This document shows positions 59,901 through 64,000 of a stretch of 64,000 nt of DNA, in pieces; the stretch's first letter is position 1, and each line of letters begins with the position of its first letter. The stretch is from Thermoflexia bacterium (lineage in GTDB: Bacteria; Chloroflexota; Anaerolineae; B4-G1), in NCBI GenBank assembly GCA_011192155.1, contig DUEK01000012.1:541-64540 (forward strand). The letters run 5' to 3'. The notes beneath the pieces are model-generated. The model was given only the letters and a program-made list of their open reading frames with translations. It was not told where the DNA came from and made no database searches. The position numbers and the translations under genes were made by a program.

Positions 59901-61437
59901 TCCCGGGCCGGGCGAGGTGGGGCCTATCACTGAGTTCCCGGCTTTTACTTTCCTCTACGGTGATCTGCACGCCCACATGATCGCCTTCCCGCTCACGCTC
60001 CTGGCGCTGGCCCTGGCTGTCTACTGGGCGCGCGCCTCGCGCCCGCGCTGGCTTAGTTTGGTTCTGGGTGGCTTGGTCATCGGTGCGCTCTATCCGACCA
60101 ACACCTGGGATTACCCCACCTATCTGCTGTTGGGACTGGCCGCGCTGGCGGTGGGCGCAGTACGTAACAAGTTTCAAGTTGCAAGTTTCAAGTCGTTGAT
60201 CTGGCGCTTGACCTTGCTCATTGGCCTGACTTTGTTCTTCTACTTGCCCTACATTCAACACTATGCAACCGGTTACACTTCGTTCCAGAAATGGAATGGC
60301 TCCCACACGCCGCTAGATATCTATTTTTGGATTCATGCCATCTTGCTCTTTCCGTTGCTCACGCGCACGTTGATCGAGGGGTATCGGAGTATAGTGAGCA
60401 ATCAGGTTTCTTGGAGAAATCTGGTTGCTGGCGGACTATCGGCTGTGGGCCTGTTGCTCCTCGTGCTGGCGTTCGCGGCTCTGGACTATGCGGTGGCGCT
60501 GGCGGCGGTACCGGTGGGTGTGCTCGCTGCGCTGCTGGCCTTTACGCCAGAGATACCGTCGCCTCAAAGGCTGCTCTGGCTGATGGTCGGCGGGGCGATG
60601 GCGCTCTCTCTCGCCGTCGAGATAATCGTGCTCGATGGCGACATTGGGCGTATGAACACCGTCTTCAAGTTCTACCTGCAAGTGTGGACGCTGCTCTCGG
60701 TCGCGGCGGCCGTCAGCCTGGCCTGGGTGCGCGAGCGCGCCCAAGTCTGGCAGCCGGAACCGCGCCAACTCTGGTGGGCCGTGATGGCAGCCCTCATCTT
60801 GGGCGGCGCGCTGTTCCTCCCCTACGGCATCCGCGCCCGCGCGACTGACCGCATGTCGTCACAGGTCGGCCCGACCCTGGATGGGATGGCCTTTATGGAA
60901 CACGCCGCTATATTTGACGGCGCTCCCGAACGAGGCAGTCAGGAAATTTCGCTAGCTGGCGACTATGCCGCCATTCGCTGGATACAGGATACCGTTCAAG
61001 GCTCGCCCGTGATCCTGGAGGGCCGGGGCTACCGCGAGTATCTGTGGGGCAGCCGGGTCTCTATCTACACCGGCCTGCCGGCGGTGCTGGGCTGGCGTTG
61101 GCACCAGGTACAGCAATATGCGGCCTTGCCAGAGACGGTGGTGAGCTGGCGGCAGGATGACGTGAGCGATTGTTACAACACGACCGACGCCTCTCGTGCT
61201 CTGAGCATCCTGGCCCGCTACGACGTGCGCTACGTCTACGTAGGCGCGTACGAGCGGGCCTATTACGACCCGGCCGGCCTGGCCAAGTTCGACGACCTGG
61301 CCGACCAGGGATTGCTGCGAGTGGTCTATAACGCGCAGGGGGTCATGATATACGAGGTGGTTGCTGATCTCTCGGCTTATGCGCGCCATCCATCTCACAA
61401 TTCCTCCGCTGACCGTGTATATGGATTAGAAGAGTAA
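56926..61437 (+). CDS. GT-C domain fused to a DUF2298 (YYY) membrane domain
   Basis: N-half HPDE, YGTLP, SHFFTVD; C-half DRGYG, GGEKPMD, INYYYFG, EFP.F.F..GDLHAH, NTWD, LGW..H. Confidence 0.85.
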   Translation: MTSRNTNHVSLLILTAILLVGGYLRFTNLHWDEGLWIHPDEAHMQNTLGAIHTPDSASLYFDTHNSPLNVRNNQDRRYSYGTLPLFLTRITAEWLDLACAESPSSLSAAAAMLFVGPPDPDSNTICNPGTFTGARSKQVGRTLSALADLGTLVLVYLIGRRLYREGVGLLAAGLGALMAFPIQQSHFFTVDSMACFFTLLTAYFSVRAGQTGRWANFALAGLATGLSAACKVSAAPAALLVVLAAVWRWTQSFPRSSAPPLLRSFTPLLLRLLLTGLLAFLAFRIAQPYAFEGPGFFGLRPSPEWFERLGQIAHEQSGEVDFPSGRQWADRAPILFPLKDILFWGMGLPLGLAACAGWALAGFELWRGERAHLILWGWGTLTFLYHATRWVKTMRTFLPLYPILAILAAYLLIRLIRLPRLSLGIGHWTLNIGRWILAICLAGTLLWALAFFSIYLRPHTRLASSRWIIANIPPGSTLANEHWDWGPPLRVDGLDPMGGMFSGFEMQHYNEDDLNKRAQLFDWLDRADYVIIGSNRVYASIARLPARYPLTTAYYRALFAGELGFELLADFSSYPALGPFRFPDQEEPYPLKTSKTPEVFRNPWGLNPIEIHLPPPDEAFSVYDHPRVLIFQKTDAYSAQLVQDVLGGIDVERALHGLTPLEVSAAPDMLEFDPQTWAEQQAGGTWSEMFDRDSLLNRYPALAAVAWWLVVAILGWLAFPLLFAALPRLRDRGYGLARVLGLLLIAYLTWLVASLRILPNTRGTILRMALLLALVGGGVGWFKRQRLRRFLLVRWRLLLLVEALFALLYAAWIGVRLLQPDLWHPIVGGEKPMDFAYLNAVMKSTWFPPYNPWFSGSWINYYYFGFVIIGSLIKLIGTVPAIAYNLAVPLLFALTGVGAFSVAYNLFGGRKRGRLLAGLMALAFTVLLGNLGVVHLIRAKLIELGGELFPSTIPALPETVAMFRGLWEVIAHGVKLPLRTESWYWHPTRIIPPGPGEVGPITEFPAFTFLYGDLHAHMIAFPLTLLALALAVYWARASRPRWLSLVLGGLVIGALYPTNTWDYPTYLLLGLAALAVGAVRNKFQVASFKSLIWRLTLLIGLTLFFYLPYIQHYATGYTSFQKWNGSHTPLDIYFWIHAILLFPLLTRTLIEGYRSIVSNQVSWRNLVAGGLSAVGLLLLVLAFAALDYAVALAAVPVGVLAALLAFTPEIPSPQRLLWLMVGGAMALSLAVEIIVLDGDIGRMNTVFKFYLQVWTLLSVAAAVSLAWVRERAQVWQPEPRQLWWAVMAALILGGALFLPYGIRARATDRMSSQVGPTLDGMAFMEHAAIFDGAPERGSQEISLAGDYAAIRWIQDTVQGSPVILEGRGYREYLWGSRVSIYTGLPAVLGWRWHQVQQYAALPETVVSWRQDDVSDCYNTTDASRALSILARYDVRYVYVGAYERAYYDPAGLAKFDDLADQGLLRVVYNAQGVMIYEVVADLSAYARHPSHNSSADRVYGLEE

Positions 61438-61441
61438 ACCG

Positions 61442-62053
61442 ATGACCGATACCGAGACTATCACGCGCGCCATAGATGGCGACCAAGCGGCCCAGCGCAC
61501 GCTCTACGAAACCCACCACGCCGCCGCTTTCCGCCTGGCCTGTCTCCTCCTGCGAGACATCTGCGACGCCGAGGAGGTAGTGCAGGATGGATTCGTCTAC
61601 CTGTTCCGCAACCTGCGCCGCTACGATCCTGAGCGTGGCTCCTTTTGGGCCTGGCTGCGCGTGATCTTGGTGAGCCGCTGTCGCAACAAGCGCCGCCGTA
61701 AGCGGCTGGCCTGCATCTCCCTGGAAACACTCGCCGCTGCCGGCCAGCCGGTGGCCGATCCAGAACCGGGCGGCAATCCGGCGATCATGCTGGATAAACT
61801 GGGGACACGCCGCGTGGTGTGGGAAGCGTTACAGCAGGTGAGCGCAGGCGCTCAAGATGCACTGATCTTGCGCTACTATGAAAGCCTGCCCTATGCAGAG
61901 ATCGCCGACATCTTGGGCTGCTCGAACGACGCCGCTCGCGCGCGGGTGGCCCACGGCAAGACTCAACTCAGGCGCTTGCTCGCAGCGCCGGAGGATGAAG
62001 CGACCCGCAAACTTGTTCCTTTCTCGATCCGTTGTGAAGGTGGTGTGAGATGA
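61442..62053 (+). CDS. ECF RNA polymerase sigma factor
   Basis: DAEEVVQDGF, YDPERGSF.AWL, LRYYE.L.Y.EIA.ILG. Confidence 0.9.
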   Translation: MTDTETITRAIDGDQAAQRTLYETHHAAAFRLACLLLRDICDAEEVVQDGFVYLFRNLRRYDPERGSFWAWLRVILVSRCRNKRRRKRLACISLETLAAAGQPVADPEPGGNPAIMLDKLGTRRVVWEALQQVSAGAQDALILRYYESLPYAEIADILGCSNDAARARVAHGKTQLRRLLAAPEDEATRKLVPFSIRCEGGVR

Positions 62054-62547
62054 GCGTTCACCTTTCGGAAACAGACTTGGCTTCCTTGAGTGATGGCGGC
62101 CCCGATGAGGGCGCTGCCGAGCACCTGCGCTGGTGTACGCGCTGTCGTAGCGCGGCCGCCGACTACCGCTGGCTGCAAGGGGAGATCGAGGGCGCGTTGG
62201 CAGGGGCGGCGGACGCGCTCCCTGTGCCCAGGTCAAAGTGGCGGGCGGTGCAAGCTGGCGTGCGCGCTGGCCGGCGAAGGCAAGTCGTGGGGGGGCGCAT
62301 CTCTGTCTTTGCCAGCGCTTGTGCGGCGGTTTGCCTCGTGCTTTTCGTCCCCGGTTTCTCAGGTTTGGCTGTCGCGGTACAGGCGAATCAGCCAGAGTTG
62401 GCGGCTGTCCCCGCTCCGATCACGGTTCCCGTCGAACACGCGCTGCCTGTGACCACTCCTACCCCGGCTATGTCTTGTGAAGAGGCGACGGCGTCGCCAA
62501 CGCCCGCCTTTGTGCTGCCCCCCACAGCGCCGAAAGTTGAGCTATGA
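62050..62547 (+). CDS. Putative ZAS anti-sigma factor with TM and Pro/Thr tail
   Basis: H...HLRWCTRC zinc motif, one TM helix, ATGA overlap with the sigma gene. Confidence 0.75.
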   Translation: MSVHLSETDLASLSDGGPDEGAAEHLRWCTRCRSAAADYRWLQGEIEGALAGAADALPVPRSKWRAVQAGVRAGRRRQVVGGRISVFASACAAVCLVLFVPGFSGLAVAVQANQPELAAVPAPITVPVEHALPVTTPTPAMSCEEATASPTPAFVLPPTAPKVEL

Positions 62548-64000
62548 ATCAAGCCCTTTTAGCGTTTCGTTGGTACATTGTCGCCCAACTCTTTGGTCTG
62601 GCGGCGCTGCCGCTCTGCTTGCGCCTCTTCCGCCATCTGCCGGATCGTGGATACGGCGTATCCAAGCCGCTGGGTCTCTTGTTGACCGGCTGGTTTTTTT
62701 GGCTATTGACCACCTTCGGCTGGCTGCACAACACGCCGGGCAGCATCGTCGTCGCCCTGGTGCTCATCGCTGCCGTTGGCATCGCCCTTTATCTGATCAA
62801 CCAACCAACCAATCAACTTCCCTGGCGCACCGTTCTGATTACTGAAGCAGTGTTTACTCTCACCTTTACTGCCTGGTGCCTGGTCCGCGCCCACATGCCG
62901 CGCATCCAGACGGCCGGCGGCGAAAAGTGGATGGAAATCGCCTTCCTGCGCGCCATTTTGCGTTCCGACACCTTCCCGCCGCACGATCCCTGGCTCTCTG
63001 GTTTTGCTATTTCCTACTACTACTTTGGCTATGTCATCGTCGCCATGCTCACCCGCTTGGCCGCTGTCCCGCCTTCCATCGCCTTCAACTTGGGGCTAGC
63101 CACCCTTTTCGCCCTCACTTGCACGGGCGCTTTTAGCCTGGTCTACAACCTCATCAGAAACCAGATTTCTGCCGCAAAACCTGGTTTCTCCACCATCTTG
63201 AGCGCCCTGCTCGGCCCACTGCTGCTAGCCGTGATGGGTAACCTGGAAGGGTTGTTGGAGGCGCTCCACGCGCGCGGCATCGGTCCGGCCCTCTTTTGGC
63301 AATGGCTCGACATTCGCGCGCTTGACGCTGCGCCTCCCGCTTTCGCTGAGGGCAGTTGGGCGCCCACGCGCTTTTTTTGGTGGTGGCAGGCCTCCCGCGT
63401 GTTGCAGGACTATACCCCCACAGGAGCGGAGCAGCACGTCATTGACGAGTTCCCTGCCTTTAGCTTTATCCTGGGCGACATGCACCCTCATGTACTGGCG
63501 CTTCCTTTTGTCCTCCTCGCCCTCGCCCTGGCCCTGAACCTTTACTTGCGAATGCCAACCGCTGCGGTCGGGCCGAATGGCGAACACCCAATCCCCTATC
63601 CCCAATCCCCATTCACCATCTGGGAATTCCTTGTCTACGCCCTTTGCCTGGGCGGCCTGGGTTTCCTCAACACCTGGGACTTTCCCATCTATCTCTTTAT
63701 CGTCGCTGCCGCCTACACCCTCGCCCACTCACGCCTCACGCCTCATGCCTCACGTCTCACGTTTTACGCTTTACGTTTCACGCTTCTCTTTATTCCCCTC
63801 CTCGTCGTAGGTATCATTCTCTACCTCCCCTTCTGGCTAGGTTTTCAATCCCAGGCCGGCGGCATATTGATCAACCTATTCAACGCTACCCGCCTGCCCC
63901 AGTTTCTGATCATGTTTGGCCCGCTCCTTTTTATCGCCACTGCTTTTGTCGCCGACCGCGCGCGGCGGAATGGCGTGCGCGTCCTCCAAGTAGTTAAAGG
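62544..64000 (+). CDS. Second DUF2298 (YYY) membrane protein, runs off the window
   Basis: Missing from the ORF track because it has no stop. ATG 62544 gives MNQALLAFRW..LPDRGYG..GGEKWME..PPHDPW..ISYYYFG..EFPAFSFILGDMHPH..NTWD. Confidence 0.85.
   Translation, partial: MNQALLAFRWYIVAQLFGLAALPLCLRLFRHLPDRGYGVSKPLGLLLTGWFFWLLTTFGWLHNTPGSIVVALVLIAAVGIALYLINQPTNQLPWRTVLITEAVFTLTFTAWCLVRAHMPRIQTAGGEKWMEIAFLRAILRSDTFPPHDPWLSGFAISYYYFGYVIVAMLTRLAAVPPSIAFNLGLATLFALTCTGAFSLVYNLIRNQISAAKPGFSTILSALLGPLLLAVMGNLEGLLEALHARGIGPALFWQWLDIRALDAAPPAFAEGSWAPTRFFWWWQASRVLQDYTPTGAEQHVIDEFPAFSFILGDMHPHVLALPFVLLALALALNLYLRMPTAAVGPNGEHPIPYPQSPFTIWEFLVYALCLGGLGFLNTWDFPIYLFIVAAAYTLAHSRLTPHASRLTFYALRFTLLFIPLLVVGIILYLPFWLGFQSQAGGILINLFNATRLPQFLIMFGPLLFIATAFVADRARRNGVRVLQVVK

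Overview
A roughly 60% GC bacterial chromosomal segment, most likely Chloroflexota/Anaerolineae (inferred from DUF2298 'YYY' membrane proteins, T/P-rich surface proteins and gene style). Housekeeping genes include prfB (partial), tilS, rocD, dnaE, pfkA, hisS, tRNA-His, nfo, trxB, groES/EL with a perfect CIRCE, dinG, a stand-alone EF-G, an F1-only atpAGDC operon followed by mreB, and a large glycosylation cluster running off the right edge. Several signals are not in the ORF track. (1) A His6 leader peptide with a terminator/antiterminator sits between tRNA-His and hisS, a probable attenuator. (2) A CsoR-type redox operon carries two probable selenoproteins (UxxC thioredoxin, FmdB-like) with similar SECIS-like hairpins. 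(3) An operon pairs a TctA-like permease lacking TctB/TctC with two surface proteins carrying six OB folds, a candidate novel uptake system, possibly for nucleic acid. (4) A PadR-CarD-B12-domain enzyme-opine dehydrogenase locus has unknown chemistry. (5) An ECF sigma/anti-sigma pair is embedded among GT-C glycosyltransferases. (6) There are at least six MITE types, some nested, plus REP-like palindromes and short tandem repeats, several inserted in frame in genes. All family calls come from motif recognition only; no database search was run.
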